A stretch of 64,000 bases of DNA from an uncultured virus (IMG/VR IMGVR_UViG_3300035670_000180) (lineage: Duplodnaviria > Heunggongvirae > Uroviricota > Caudoviricetes): IMG/VR virus record IMGVR_UViG_3300035670_000180; one strand, given 5' to 3'. The position numbers and the translations under genes are program-made. Shown piece after piece: positions 28,350 to 36,741 of this stretch (positions within the stretch are counted from its first letter, which is position 1; each line of letters opens with the position of its first letter). Under the pieces are notes generated by a model. The model was not told the DNA's origin. It saw nothing but the letters and a program-made list of their open reading frames with translations, and did no database searches.

Positions 28350-28643
28350 TCACCCCAGGTTGGCTGCGACGGCAGCGTTGGCACGCATGCGATAGGCCAT
28401 CAGCTCGGCAATCTGGCTGATGATGCGGTGCTCGCCCGCGACGGCGCGCATGGCGCTGGCCCGCCTGTCGTCGTCCTCCGGGAGGAGGCTGGCGTAGTGG
28501 CCGATGTACCAAGCGTTCAGGGCGGCGCGTCCGGCCTCGTCCGGCAGACTGCCCAGGAGATCGGGCGGCGAGACGGTGACGAGCGGGTGATCGTCCGGGT
28601 CAAGGAGACTGAGCAGGCTTGCTCGGCGATAGGCGTCGTGCAT
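28350..28643 (-). CDS. Hypothetical protein
   Basis: RBS GGGGGA before ATG; first gene downstream of two operator-like palindromes. Confidence 0.55.
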   Translation of the reverse strand: MHDAYRRASLLSLLDPDDHPLVTVSPPDLLGSLPDEAGRAALNAWYIGHYASLLPEDDDRRASAMRAVAGEHRIISQIAELMAYRMRANAAVAANLG

Positions 28644-28681
28644 TGGCGGTTCCCCCGTGGCTGCAATGGTCGGGGGTTAGA

Positions 28682-28730
28682 TTGCACTATTTGCAATTTA
28701 GGGGCAACGCCAGAGTCGCAACATCTGCAA
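28682..28730. promoter_or_regulatory. Two operator-like palindromes (TTGCACTATTTGCAA, TCGCAACATCTGCAA)
   Basis: Match the TTGCR-N5-TGCAA motif repeated in many intergenic regions. Confidence 0.65.
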
Positions 28731-28839
28731 TCACTGCTACACCAATCGAACCACCCTGGCAGCCGGTGTTTGCAGGCGGTGTGGTGGTCCGAAAAAGCAA
28801 AAGGGGCTAGCTGGATGGCAGCTAACCCCTTGATTTTGT

Positions 28840-28884
28840 TGGTAGCGGGAGGCGGACTTGAACCGCCGACCTAAGGATTATGAG
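28840..28884 (-). other. attP core: 3' half of a tRNA-Met(CAT) gene
   Basis: Minus strand CTCATAATCCTTAGGTCGGCGGTTCAAGTCCGCCTCCCGCTACCA (anticodon loop, T arm, CCA); no 5' half; ~110 bp from the integrase stop. Confidence 0.85.
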
Positions 28885-28994
28885 GAATTAAATCGCCCGC
28901 CGCCGTCTCTGTAATCCGTTGTCTTTCAATAATTTATTTCGTCGGGCACGCAGAGATCGTGCCTCGCGGGTGTGGAATCGCCACACCCCATGCG

Positions 28995-30188
28995 TCAGCG
29001 ACGTCCACGGAGCGGCACAACGTCCGCCTTCGGACGAGCATCGATTCGCGCATGACGCTCGAGCGCCTCGAAGAGGTCATCGAGCTTGAGGAACGCATAG
29101 TGCCGTTCCGTCACTGCGACCGAGCTGTGACCCAACCAATCCCTCACCTGCACCATGCTCATCTCAAGGTCTTGCAGCAGACGGCACCCGCACGTCCGGC
29201 GAAGATCGTGCCACGTCACGTCGGGCAGCCCGGCCCGCTTGCACGCCGATGCGAACGCGGCGTCGAAATTGCCGCGCGGGCGTCCGTCCTCGTGGGCAAA
29301 CACCAGACCACCACCGTGGGCTACGGGCATCTCGTCGAGTGTGGAAATAGCACATGGCTGCAACGGGACGATCCGGGCCTTCCCGCCCTTGCCTTCCCGA
29401 ACTGCAATTCGGGGCCGTGAGCCCCTTTGCACATCCTGCCACGTCAGGGCCATCATCTCGGATATGCGCAGCCCCGTGGCGATGGCGAATTGGATCGCTG
29501 CCGGGAGCATCCGCCGCTCGAACTCGCTCGCTTGACTGCGGCGCCATGCGGCAGCGATCAGCCGGGCCTCCTCCTCGTGCGTCAGATATCGCGTCCGCGC
29601 CTGGGCTCGCCCCAGCGCCTGCTTGCGGGACTTGAGGTAGCCCGCGACGATGTTCTCGTCGGCCCATCGATGGGAGACGCAGAACGTCAGGAGCGAGGAC
29701 AGGCAGGCGAAGTCGCGCCGGATCGTCGTATCGCTGACGGGCGCCCAAGCGACACGGGGGCCGAGCTTCTTGCCGTTGTCCTTGGCGGCGTACACCGCGT
29801 TGCCCTTGCCGTCCGACTTGAACCTGCCGGGTGCGCGGCGGCGCACGGCCTCGAAGGAGGCGAGATCGCTTGTCGTGATCGATGCGACCCGCTTGGCGCC
29901 GAAGTGCTTGCGGATGTGGGCGATGCTCGTCTCGTATCGCGCGATGGTGTTGGGCCGCAGCGCCGACCATGTCTCCTGCTGCCACCTTATGATCGCGTCG
30001 GAGATCAGGATGCGATACACCTCGCCGAACTCGCTGGCTTGCAGCTCGCGCTCCCATTCGGCGAGGCGCTGGTAGGCGACACGGGCATCCCCCGTGCCGA
30101 GGCTCTTGGTCTTCTCTTTGCGGACGCCATTCACTCTATATATGTGCCGCGCGTGATAGGTGCCGCCACGCTTTACAATAGTTGCCAA
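28995..30188 (-). CDS. int: Tyrosine recombinase / phage integrase
   Basis: TGLRISE (R), HDLRR (HxxR), LGHS, TERHY catalytic motifs; RBS AGGAGG before TTG. Confidence 0.95.
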   Translation of the reverse strand: MATIVKRGGTYHARHIYRVNGVRKEKTKSLGTGDARVAYQRLAEWERELQASEFGEVYRILISDAIIRWQQETWSALRPNTIARYETSIAHIRKHFGAKRVASITTSDLASFEAVRRRAPGRFKSDGKGNAVYAAKDNGKKLGPRVAWAPVSDTTIRRDFACLSSLLTFCVSHRWADENIVAGYLKSRKQALGRAQARTRYLTHEEEARLIAAAWRRSQASEFERRMLPAAIQFAIATGLRISEMMALTWQDVQRGSRPRIAVREGKGGKARIVPLQPCAISTLDEMPVAHGGGLVFAHEDGRPRGNFDAAFASACKRAGLPDVTWHDLRRTCGCRLLQDLEMSMVQVRDWLGHSSVAVTERHYAFLKLDDLFEALERHARIDARPKADVVPLRGRR

Positions 30189-30207
30189 CGCTGCCTCCTA
30201 TTTCGAT

Positions 30208-30354
30208 TTACGCAGGCGTCCATCCCGCGCGCCGGACCGTTTCGCACGCCTCGCGCCAGCTTCGCGCGAAGACCCACACGGACACGATCTGGGCCGATGC
30301 GCCTCGGAAGCAAAGCACCTCGTGCTGCTCCCAGTTATCTGCTCTAAAGTGCAT
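30208..30354 (-). CDS. Small hypothetical protein (48 aa) at the usual excisionase position
   Basis: MHFRADNWEQHEVLCFRG...; fills the gap before int; no recognisable Xis motif. Confidence 0.35.
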   Translation of the reverse strand: MHFRADNWEQHEVLCFRGASAQIVSVWVFARSWREACETVRRAGWTPA

Positions 30355-30577
30355 CTTCGGCTTCCTGCTCCACAACCCAGAAGCTCCAGACGTACTCTTG
30401 CAACTTCGCCACCGGACACTCGGGCGGATTGTGCCCGGGCGTCAGCGCTATTATCTTGCCGTCGCGCTCGATGACCTCGGCCTCGACGGGCACGGGCGGG
30501 ATGCTGTACGAGAACGCAATCCTGCATCCCGGCGTGACGACGACGCCGTCGTCGTCCTTGATCTTGCGTGCTGGCAT
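30344..30577 (-). CDS. Hypothetical protein
   Basis: TGATG-coupled ORF in the operon. Confidence 0.55.
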   Translation of the reverse strand: MPARKIKDDDGVVVTPGCRIAFSYSIPPVPVEAEVIERDGKIIALTPGHNPPECPVAKLQEYVWSFWVVEQEAEDAL

Positions 30578-30774
30578 CAGATTGATTCCTTGGCAGCGAT
30601 GTCGCCGACATACGCCTCGTAGCCCGAATGCTGTTTCAGCGCGGCGATGATCCCTGGCAGCACCTCTCGTAACGCCTCGACGTGCACTCGGTCAGATAGC
30701 GACGTGAGGTTGACAAGGCTCGCGGTCACGTTGTCGAGTGCGTCGATGGCTCTGCACAGCCCGTCCTTATCCAT
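30577..30774 (-). CDS. Hypothetical protein
   Basis: RBS AAGGAG before MDKDGLCRAID. Confidence 0.55.
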   Translation of the reverse strand: MDKDGLCRAIDALDNVTASLVNLTSLSDRVHVEALREVLPGIIAALKQHSGYEAYVGDIAAKESI

Positions 30775-30829
30775 TTCCGGTCTCCTTTGTCTCTGAGCCG
30801 TTCCCGGCCAGCGCGTTCGCTTCGTGAGG

Positions 30830-31615
30830 CTAGACACGCGCCGCCTCCTGCTTGTTGCGAGCGGAATGCCGCGCGATACCGGGTATGCCCGCCTCGATGG
30901 CCTCGTAGCTGACGGCGCCGACCGGGTCCGAAAGGCCGTAAGGGTTGATCTCGATGAGCGTAAACTTCTGCAACTCGCAGAACAGGTCGACGACGACCGT
31001 GTCTCGCGGCAGGTGCGGCCCGACGACGTCGAGGACGTAGCGCTCGGCATTGGTTCGCAATTCTTCGTCGCTCTCGCGCGGGAACCGAAGCGTGGGCCCG
31101 TGCCCGTACTCCGCGACTGCCTTGACCACGCCGTTCTTTACGAACACGCGCAGTTCCCAACTCGGCGTGCACCCGTAGAGCACGTCTCTGAGGCAAAGCA
31201 CCGGCTTTACGTCGGCGCGCGCGAACCGCGTGAGGTCGTCCAGCATCCGCTCGCTGCCGCGCATCACCCACAACATCGTGCGTCCCGAGCACGAGACCAG
31301 CGCCTTCAGCGGCCACATCCAGTCCTTTGGAGACCTGCTGTTGAGGCGGAAGAATTTGAGATCCCAGCCGCACGCGCGATCAATCTCTGATGCGAACCGT
31401 TCGGCGGTATCCGACCAGCCGGTCTCCTCCTCCTGCCACCACTCGCGGGCGAGTTCCATGGGGAACTCCAGGAACGTGGTCGGGGCAGATAGCGCGAGCA
31501 GGCCGGGCGACCACTTGTCGATCAGAAGCGGCTCCATGATGCTCTGCCATTGGAGCGCGGATGCCCGCAGTTCCTCGTCGGTTGGTTCCTTGAACACGAT
31601 GTCTACCTTCCGCAA
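30830..31615 (-). CDS. Cdc123/D123-like ATP-grasp protein
   Basis: FFRLNSRSPKD, ELRVFV, VVDL and LIEINPYG motifs; RBS AAGGAG. Confidence 0.7.
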   Translation of the reverse strand: MRKVDIVFKEPTDEELRASALQWQSIMEPLLIDKWSPGLLALSAPTTFLEFPMELAREWWQEEETGWSDTAERFASEIDRACGWDLKFFRLNSRSPKDWMWPLKALVSCSGRTMLWVMRGSERMLDDLTRFARADVKPVLCLRDVLYGCTPSWELRVFVKNGVVKAVAEYGHGPTLRFPRESDEELRTNAERYVLDVVGPHLPRDTVVVDLFCELQKFTLIEINPYGLSDPVGAVSYEAIEAGIPGIARHSARNKQEAARV

Positions 31616-31735
31616 GTCTCTCTCCTTTTGCGCTTGAGTTGGCCCGGCGGGTCGCCGCGCATGACGCCCGCCGGGCAGGGGCCGCCAGATGCGCCCTACG
31701 GCCCCAGAAGCCAGCCCCGTTGCAGGGGCTGGAAC

Positions 31736-31942
31736 CTACTTCGCGCGCTTTCTGATTTGCTCGGCAATGCCCTTGGCGACGACCGCCAAGGCGTGCTCGC
31801 CGCGATCAGAAAGGAAGGCCGCCGCATCGTCAGCGATGGCCGCGCACGCATCGCGCTCCGCCTTTGCAACAGTTGCGATTGCTAGATCGGCGAGCCAATT
31901 GGCGGCGCGCTCCTCAAGGCTGGGCTCCAGATCAACGCGCAT
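31736..31942 (-). CDS. Hypothetical protein
   Basis: [11 protein letters not shown]...IAEQIRKR motif frequent in small phage proteins. Confidence 0.55.
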   Translation of the reverse strand: MRVDLEPSLEERAANWLADLAIATVAKAERDACAAIADDAAAFLSDRGEHALAVVAKGIAEQIRKRAK

Positions 31943-32294
31943 CGACCGCCTCCAGCGCTGCTTCTGGATATATCTGCACCGACCCAGGTTCGCGCTCGCT
32001 CTCGACCGCATAGCCGACTGGCGTCAGTTCCGTCGAATAGACGCCGACGACGCGGCCATGCCAGGACGAGCCCTTCGTCTTGCGGACGCGCTGGCCGAGC
32101 GCGAATTTCCTGCCCTCGCCCGATAGCCAGAATGCCTTCTCCGCCTCAAGTTCCTGCATGGCCGACAACGTCTTCCGCCACCAATAGTCGTGGTGGCTCT
32201 TGAGCACGAGGCCGTGCGCGCTATCCATGTTTGCGGTTTGCATGGCGACGACGATTTCTTCGCAGGCCTGCTGGAACGTCTTTCTGTCTTCCAT
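31932..32294 (-). CDS. dfrB: DfrB / R67-type dihydrofolate reductase homologue with N-terminal extension
   Basis: [52 protein letters not shown] closely matches the R67 SH3-like core including VQIY. Confidence 0.85.
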   Translation of the reverse strand: MEDRKTFQQACEEIVVAMQTANMDSAHGLVLKSHHDYWWRKTLSAMQELEAEKAFWLSGEGRKFALGQRVRKTKGSSWHGRVVGVYSTELTPVGYAVESEREPGSVQIYPEAALEAVDAR

Positions 32295-32313
32295 GATATC
32301 CCCCGACGCAGCT

Positions 32314-33231
32314 TTAAGCCGCGACCTCCTGATGCCTGACCGCCGTCTCGCGCTGCATGAAGCGCACGTCCGCCCAGGGGTCCTGCTGCTCAATGTCGTC
32401 GATCATGTCGACGCGGCGGCGCCACTCCACCCACATCTGCCGAAGCAATTCCTTGCCCATGATGCGGCGCGCTTGATAGTGGGCGCCCTTCCAGAGCTTC
32501 TCGCCAGCAGCGATGCGCGCCTCACGCTTGGCCCTCTCGCGCATGTAGATGTCGCCAAACTCATTGATGGACGCGCGCGGCTGGTCTTCCTTTTCCCCGG
32601 TGATCGATAGCCGCAGGACGGTGTCCTCGATCATGTACATCACGGCGCGGCGGCGCGGGACGTAGCCTTGGGGGATCGCATCGTCACCCTTGATACGCCG
32701 TTGCGCAGCACCGTTGAGCACCGCGAGCCCCATGCGCTTCCAGACGCGCGACGGCGTGGCGTAATTCGAGAGGTTGCCAGTTTCGGCCAGGATCAGACCC
32801 GCCTGCGTGTGGGAGAATCCCGTCACGGTGTCGACCCACGGCGCAATTGGCAACGTCTTCGCGAGCCGTCCTATGTCCGCGTCGATCCGCTCGCGTTTCT
32901 TGGCAACGTCGTTGATGTTGCGCGCGATGATGTCGATGGCGGCCCGAGCGTGCCCGTCTCCGCCTTCCTTGCTGCCCTTCTTGATCCGCTCGGCCATTGC
33001 CAGCGCCATCGTCTTGATCTTCTCGCGGACCTTCATGGCTTTGGCTTTTTGCTTGTCGGTCATGTCCTGCGTGATGACCGATGCGGCTGCGAGCGCGGGA
33101 TTCTCGTTCAGGATGAAGCCGCGACACACGGCTGTGATCCTGTTCGAGCTGGCCGTTGTGTGCTTGATCAGAATGTTACGCTCACGGGCAAGGTCGGCCA
33201 TCGCTGTGATGGTGGCGTTGATGTGGTCCAT
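32314..33231 (-). CDS. tasA: Nop-domain (IS110-related) RNA-binding protein without nuclease domain, TasA-like
   Basis: Coiled-coil N-half, then WVDTVTGFS...[14 protein letters not shown]...VWKRMGL...G..QRR..G...Y and [18 protein letters not shown]; no DEDD/RuvC or HNH domain; RBS AAGGA; directly downstream of a dual-spacer array. Confidence 0.8.
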   Translation of the reverse strand: MDHINATITAMADLARERNILIKHTTASSNRITAVCRGFILNENPALAAASVITQDMTDKQKAKAMKVREKIKTMALAMAERIKKGSKEGGDGHARAAIDIIARNINDVAKKRERIDADIGRLAKTLPIAPWVDTVTGFSHTQAGLILAETGNLSNYATPSRVWKRMGLAVLNGAAQRRIKGDDAIPQGYVPRRRAVMYMIEDTVLRLSITGEKEDQPRASINEFGDIYMRERAKREARIAAGEKLWKGAHYQARRIMGKELLRQMWVEWRRRVDMIDDIEQQDPWADVRFMQRETAVRHQEVAA

Positions 33232-33253
33232 TTGGGTTCCTTGTTGGAGAAGG

Positions 33254-33522
33254 GCGACCGGCACGGCATCTCAGGGTTTCAAGTGGCATCAGGCCGGTCG
33301 TTTGGTGGGGCTCGGCAGCGACGGTTAGGGTTTCACGTTGGTCCAGGCCGAGCTTTCTTTTGGTGGTGGCGACCGGCAAGACGATAAAGGGTTTCATACT
33401 GGTACAGGCCGGTCGTTTGGTGGGGCTCGGCACCGCGATAGAGTGTTTCACGTGCGGGCAGGCCGAGCTTTGAGGACGGGCGGCAGACGCATTCAGGTTT
33501 TCACGATGTTCCGGGCCGCCCG
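33254..33522 (-). ncRNA. TIGR-like stem-loop guide array 1 (5 units)
   Basis: Each unit on the minus strand: 7-8-bp stem, CT, 9-nt spacer, TGAAACCCT, 9-nt spacer, T, stem; spacers all different. Confidence 0.85.
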
Positions 33523-33528
33523 GTTCTG

Positions 33529-34119
33529 CTACTCCGCAGCCTGAAGCAATGGCGCTTCCCCGCCTTGGAATTTCCTCACGTACAGCCGCGCCAGATCGGC
33601 CTCGGTCCAAGCATCGGCAACGGTCTGATCGCTGCCGAGCCTGATCGCGATGTCCCGCAGATACCCGGCCTGCTGCTGGTAGGTGCGCCCAACGGTCTCG
33701 CGGCGGCTGGCAATGTCGAGGACTTGGTCGCGCGTCATGCCGTAGAGCGGGGCACCGTCGAATGCCATCATCAAGTACGGGCCGTATTCGCGGAGAATCT
33801 TGGCCCGCTCCGCAACACGCCCTCGCGTGGCCTCCATCTGGCCGCGCAGTATCGCCTCTTGTCGACGCCGAGCGATCTCGCGTGGCGCTGCTGTCATGCC
33901 GTCACGGGCAGCCACGATTGCATCACGGCGATGATCCCGTTCGATGCGGTTCAGCCGCTCCATGACGAATGCCTCGAGCGCCCACCGGGTTAGGGTCACG
34001 TCGCCGATCATCTCCGCTGCAACACGAGACGCGATGGCCGCGTCCTCTTGTGGCTGGATCGCCAGATGCTTCGCGATGAGGCTCGACAGGACTTCGGACG
34101 GGTTCGTGGTCGGTTTCAT
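33529..34119 (-). CDS. Hypothetical protein embedded between the two guide arrays
   Basis: 196 aa, helical, Arg-rich; RBS GAGGA. Confidence 0.75.
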   Translation of the reverse strand: MKPTTNPSEVLSSLIAKHLAIQPQEDAAIASRVAAEMIGDVTLTRWALEAFVMERLNRIERDHRRDAIVAARDGMTAAPREIARRRQEAILRGQMEATRGRVAERAKILREYGPYLMMAFDGAPLYGMTRDQVLDIASRRETVGRTYQQQAGYLRDIAIRLGSDQTVADAWTEADLARLYVRKFQGGEAPLLQAAE

Positions 34120-34146
34120 GTTGATTTCCTCGTTGGTTCAAGAAGG

Positions 34147-34362
34147 GCGACCGGCAGCTCGGTGTAGGGTTTCAAGCAAGTACAGGCCGGTCGTTCGGTG
34201 GGGCTCGGCACAGTTTCGAAGGGTTTCATATGCCCGCAGGCCGAGCTTTCTGTTGGTGGTGGCGACCGGCACACCGATCCAGGGTTTCAGGTGGTCCTAG
34301 GCCGGTCGTTCGGTGGGGCTCGGCACCTCCGGGGAGGGTTTCAAGGGACAGGCAGGCCGAGC
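34147..34362 (-). ncRNA. TIGR-like stem-loop guide array 2 (4 units)
   Basis: Same stems, loop and linkers as array 1, with different spacers. Confidence 0.85.
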
Positions 34363-34383
34363 CGTCTCGTTCGCTGCTGCTTG

Positions 34384-34833
34384 TTATCCGTCCTCGACGA
34401 TCCGCACGTCCGGCTCATGCAAGACGACCGGGACGCCTGCCTCGCCGAACATGAGCCGAGCCGCGTCGAACTCCTCTGGCGGCATGCGCGTGGTGCCGTT
34501 GCCGACATGGATGCGAGCGATGCCCGCCTGGATCATCGTGCGGGCGCATGACGAGCACGGGTGGTGCGTGCAGTAGACGGCCTTGCCTGCCGTCCTGACG
34601 CCCTCGCGAGCCGCGAAGGCAATCAGGTTCGCCTCCGCATGGCTGGCGAAGAGATACTTCGCCGGACGCTCGAACCTGTCCGGGGTGTCCGCAACGCCGC
34701 GAGGCGGGCCGTTGTAGGCCGTCAGGATCACGACGTTGCCATCGCCCACAAGGACGGCGCCGACCTTCGTGCTGTCCTTCGACTTGCTCGCGACGTGGGC
34801 TGCAAGGCTCATGATGTGCTCTCCCCAGCTCAT
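34384..34833 (-). CDS. dCMP deaminase
   Basis: SKDSTKVGA, YNGPPRG, HAEAN and PCSSC zinc motifs. Confidence 0.9.
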   Translation of the reverse strand: MSWGEHIMSLAAHVASKSKDSTKVGAVLVGDGNVVILTAYNGPPRGVADTPDRFERPAKYLFASHAEANLIAFAAREGVRTAGKAVYCTHHPCSSCARTMIQAGIARIHVGNGTTRMPPEEFDAARLMFGEAGVPVVLHEPDVRIVEDG

Positions 34834-35111
34834 GCCCGTGCTGTCCTGTCGATTGCGTGCTGCAGCGCCGCGATGCGCTGGGCGATCACCGCCCGCTCGG
34901 CGCGCAACGCTGCGATCTCCGCCGACCATTCGCCCGCCTTGTCGGCATCTGCCGGTCCGATGCTGCGCAGGTAGGATGGATCGAATACGTCCCCTGGCTG
35001 CTCGGCGGTGCGCGTCACGATGGCGGCCGCGATGGCCTTGGATCGGCATCGCTTGATGCGCTCGAAGGCCGAGCGCAGAACCTCTTTGACGGTATCTCTA
35101 TTGGTCGACAC
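34830..35111 (-). CDS. Hypothetical protein
   Basis: Coupled ORF with coiled-coil C-terminus; GTG start inferred. Confidence 0.5.
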   Translation of the reverse strand: MSTNRDTVKEVLRSAFERIKRCRSKAIAAAIVTRTAEQPGDVFDPSYLRSIGPADADKAGEWSAEIAALRAERAVIAQRIAALQHAIDRTARA

Positions 35112-35334
35112 GGATGATGCTCCGGGCTTGAAAGCGTTCGATTTTGTCCGACTCCGGGAACACAACGCTGACAACGCCACGTGCAACTCTGACTACGACT
35201 CCTTGCTTCCCGCGCATCGGGTTAGCCGACCTGCTGGGAATCTTGACGCGATCCCCGACCTTGACCGCCGAGGCGGCGATCCAGTTCTCGACGTCACCGT
35301 GCGATGGGGTGTTGGTGATCTTGATGCCCGACAT
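35098..35334 (-). CDS. Small KOW/SH3-like protein
   Basis: VKVGDRVKI...GKQGVVVRV motif. Confidence 0.5.
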   Translation of the reverse strand: MSGIKITNTPSHGDVENWIAASAVKVGDRVKIPSRSANPMRGKQGVVVRVARGVVSVVFPESDKIERFQARSIIRVDQ

Positions 35335-35342
35335 GGCGCCCC

Positions 35343-35576
35343 CTAGATCGCGCCGCCGCAATGCGGGCAGGACTGGTGGTTGATGCGGATCGCTCGCGCA
35401 AAGTACTTGCTGCGAGAGATGTGACCCTCGCGCTCGAGGGCGCCGAGAATGCGATGCACCGCAGACTTGCTCGCCAGACCCATGCCCTGGCGCAGCTCCT
35501 CGAACGACGGCGACACGCCATCCGCCCTGATCCGCTCGTCGATGATCGAGAGCATACGCCGCTGCTGCTTCGTCAT
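35343..35576 (-). CDS. LexA-like winged-helix DNA-binding domain only
   Basis: MTKQQRRML...GVSPSFEEL...GLASKSAVHRILGALEREGHI...ARAI, ending CPHC; no peptidase domain. Confidence 0.8.
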   Translation of the reverse strand: MTKQQRRMLSIIDERIRADGVSPSFEELRQGMGLASKSAVHRILGALEREGHISRSKYFARAIRINHQSCPHCGGAI

Positions 35577-35685
35577 TGCCCGCCCCCGATGTGCGCCAGG
35601 ATCGCCCCGCCCGTGCCGATCAACGTCGCGATGAAGCTCACTGTCGCCAGCATGACGACCCATGCGATGATTGAGTTGAGCGCCT

Positions 35686-36084
35686 TCACGGCTTGCCCCT
35701 TGTCCCGAAAGTCCTGATCCTGAGCATTGACGATGCCATCGCCCGTGCTCCCCCACGCAGGAACGCTCGATACAACTCACTTGCGATTTCGTGCGGATCG
35801 AGCCCGCGCGATTTCCAGAAGGCGATGGTCCCGACCCGGTGCTCGGCATCGGGGCCTTCGCGATGGCATGAGGAGCAGAGCGGCACCGCCCAGGCGTCAC
35901 TCGGCTTCTCGGCGCCTCCGGCTCCTGTGCGGATGCCTGTCGCCTTAGTCCAATCGATGCGGGTCACGCGGATGTGCGCCGCTTCGATGTTCTGGCTGCT
36001 GCCGCACGTCACGCAGACCATCTCGTGCAGTGCGGTGAGGTACGCCCGATCACGGGCGCGCGGGTTCTTAGTGGATGAGAGCAT
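35686..36084 (-). CDS. DUF968-like / HNH-like zinc-binding protein
   Basis: CVTCG...AAHIR...KPSD.W.VPLC..CH motif. Confidence 0.7.
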   Translation of the reverse strand: MLSSTKNPRARDRAYLTALHEMVCVTCGSSQNIEAAHIRVTRIDWTKATGIRTGAGGAEKPSDAWAVPLCSSCHREGPDAEHRVGTIAFWKSRGLDPHEIASELYRAFLRGGARAMASSMLRIRTFGTRGKP

Positions 36085-36322
36085 GGGATGGCGCCGACAT
36101 CTTCCGGATCGCGTCGTCGACCTTGTTGTGGATGTGGAACTCGACGTCCTGGACGGTGCGGTGCGGCGCGAAACTGTGGAAACACGCGAGCAAGATCAGG
36201 GCGCGGATGACCTCGTCGTGGCGATGGCCCTCGATTGTCCGTTGGATCGATTTCCAGAGCGCGGTGCGCTCCTCGTCGGTGTAGTCCCTCATCGCGGGCC
36301 TGCGCATTTGTCGCTTCGTCAT
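36068..36322 (-). CDS. Hypothetical protein
   Basis: ATGA-coupled ORF. Confidence 0.5.
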   Translation of the reverse strand: MTKRQMRRPAMRDYTDEERTALWKSIQRTIEGHRHDEVIRALILLACFHSFAPHRTVQDVEFHIHNKVDDAIRKMSAPSHALIH

Positions 36323-36741
36323 CGCAAAAACCTCATGATCTCCATTGCGATTTCATCGCTCGTGATCCCTGGCAGCAGGTCCTTGCAGATGACCCGCTCC
36401 GCTCCCTCGATAAACGTCTGGAACTCCTGCTGATCCATCGCGGCGAACGACGTTGAGTGCATGACGTAGACGAGCTTGCCGCTTGCCGTGATCACCGGAT
36501 CGAACATGCCGAGCCGCAGCTTGATGTCCGTCTTGACCGCCTGGGGCGTCTGCAAGAACGGGTGGTTATCGGCGACGAGGGCGAAGAGCTTGTGCGCCCA
36601 CCGGTTGTGCTTGAGGCTGCGGGCCAGCCAGAGCCGGGCCATCACCTCTTTGCCGTCGAGATTGATGATGGCGCTCTCGCCCTCGTCGTCGACCGGCACG
36701 AGGACGCCCTGCTGGCTGCGCACAACGATCTCTTCAGCCAT
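36319..36741 (-). CDS. DUF1367/NinB-like recombination accessory protein
   Basis: RSLKHNRW..., STSFAAMDQQEFQTF motif. Confidence 0.7.
   Translation of the reverse strand: MAEEIVVRSQQGVLVPVDDEGESAIINLDGKEVMARLWLARSLKHNRWAHKLFALVADNHPFLQTPQAVKTDIKLRLGMFDPVITASGKLVYVMHSTSFAAMDQQEFQTFIEGAERVICKDLLPGITSDEIAMEIMRFLR

Noticed and set aside
28840..28884. Functional phage tRNA gene
   Set aside because: The 5' half (acceptor 5' strand, D arm) is missing; it is an att core.
32314..33231. IS110 transposase
   Set aside because: No N-terminal DEDD RuvC-like domain and no catalytic SG motif; multiple short guide units rather than one bridge RNA.
33254..34362. CRISPR array interpretation of the repeats
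   Set aside because: Variable segments are only 9-10 nt, come in pairs inside a hairpin, and no cas genes are present.
35403..35413. Possible self-target of the guide GTACTTGCT/ACACCGAGC (GTACTTGCTGC in the mini-LexA gene)
   Set aside because: Only 11 contiguous matches, the rest of the second half mismatches; expected by chance. No full self-target was found by eye, but the search was not exhaustive.
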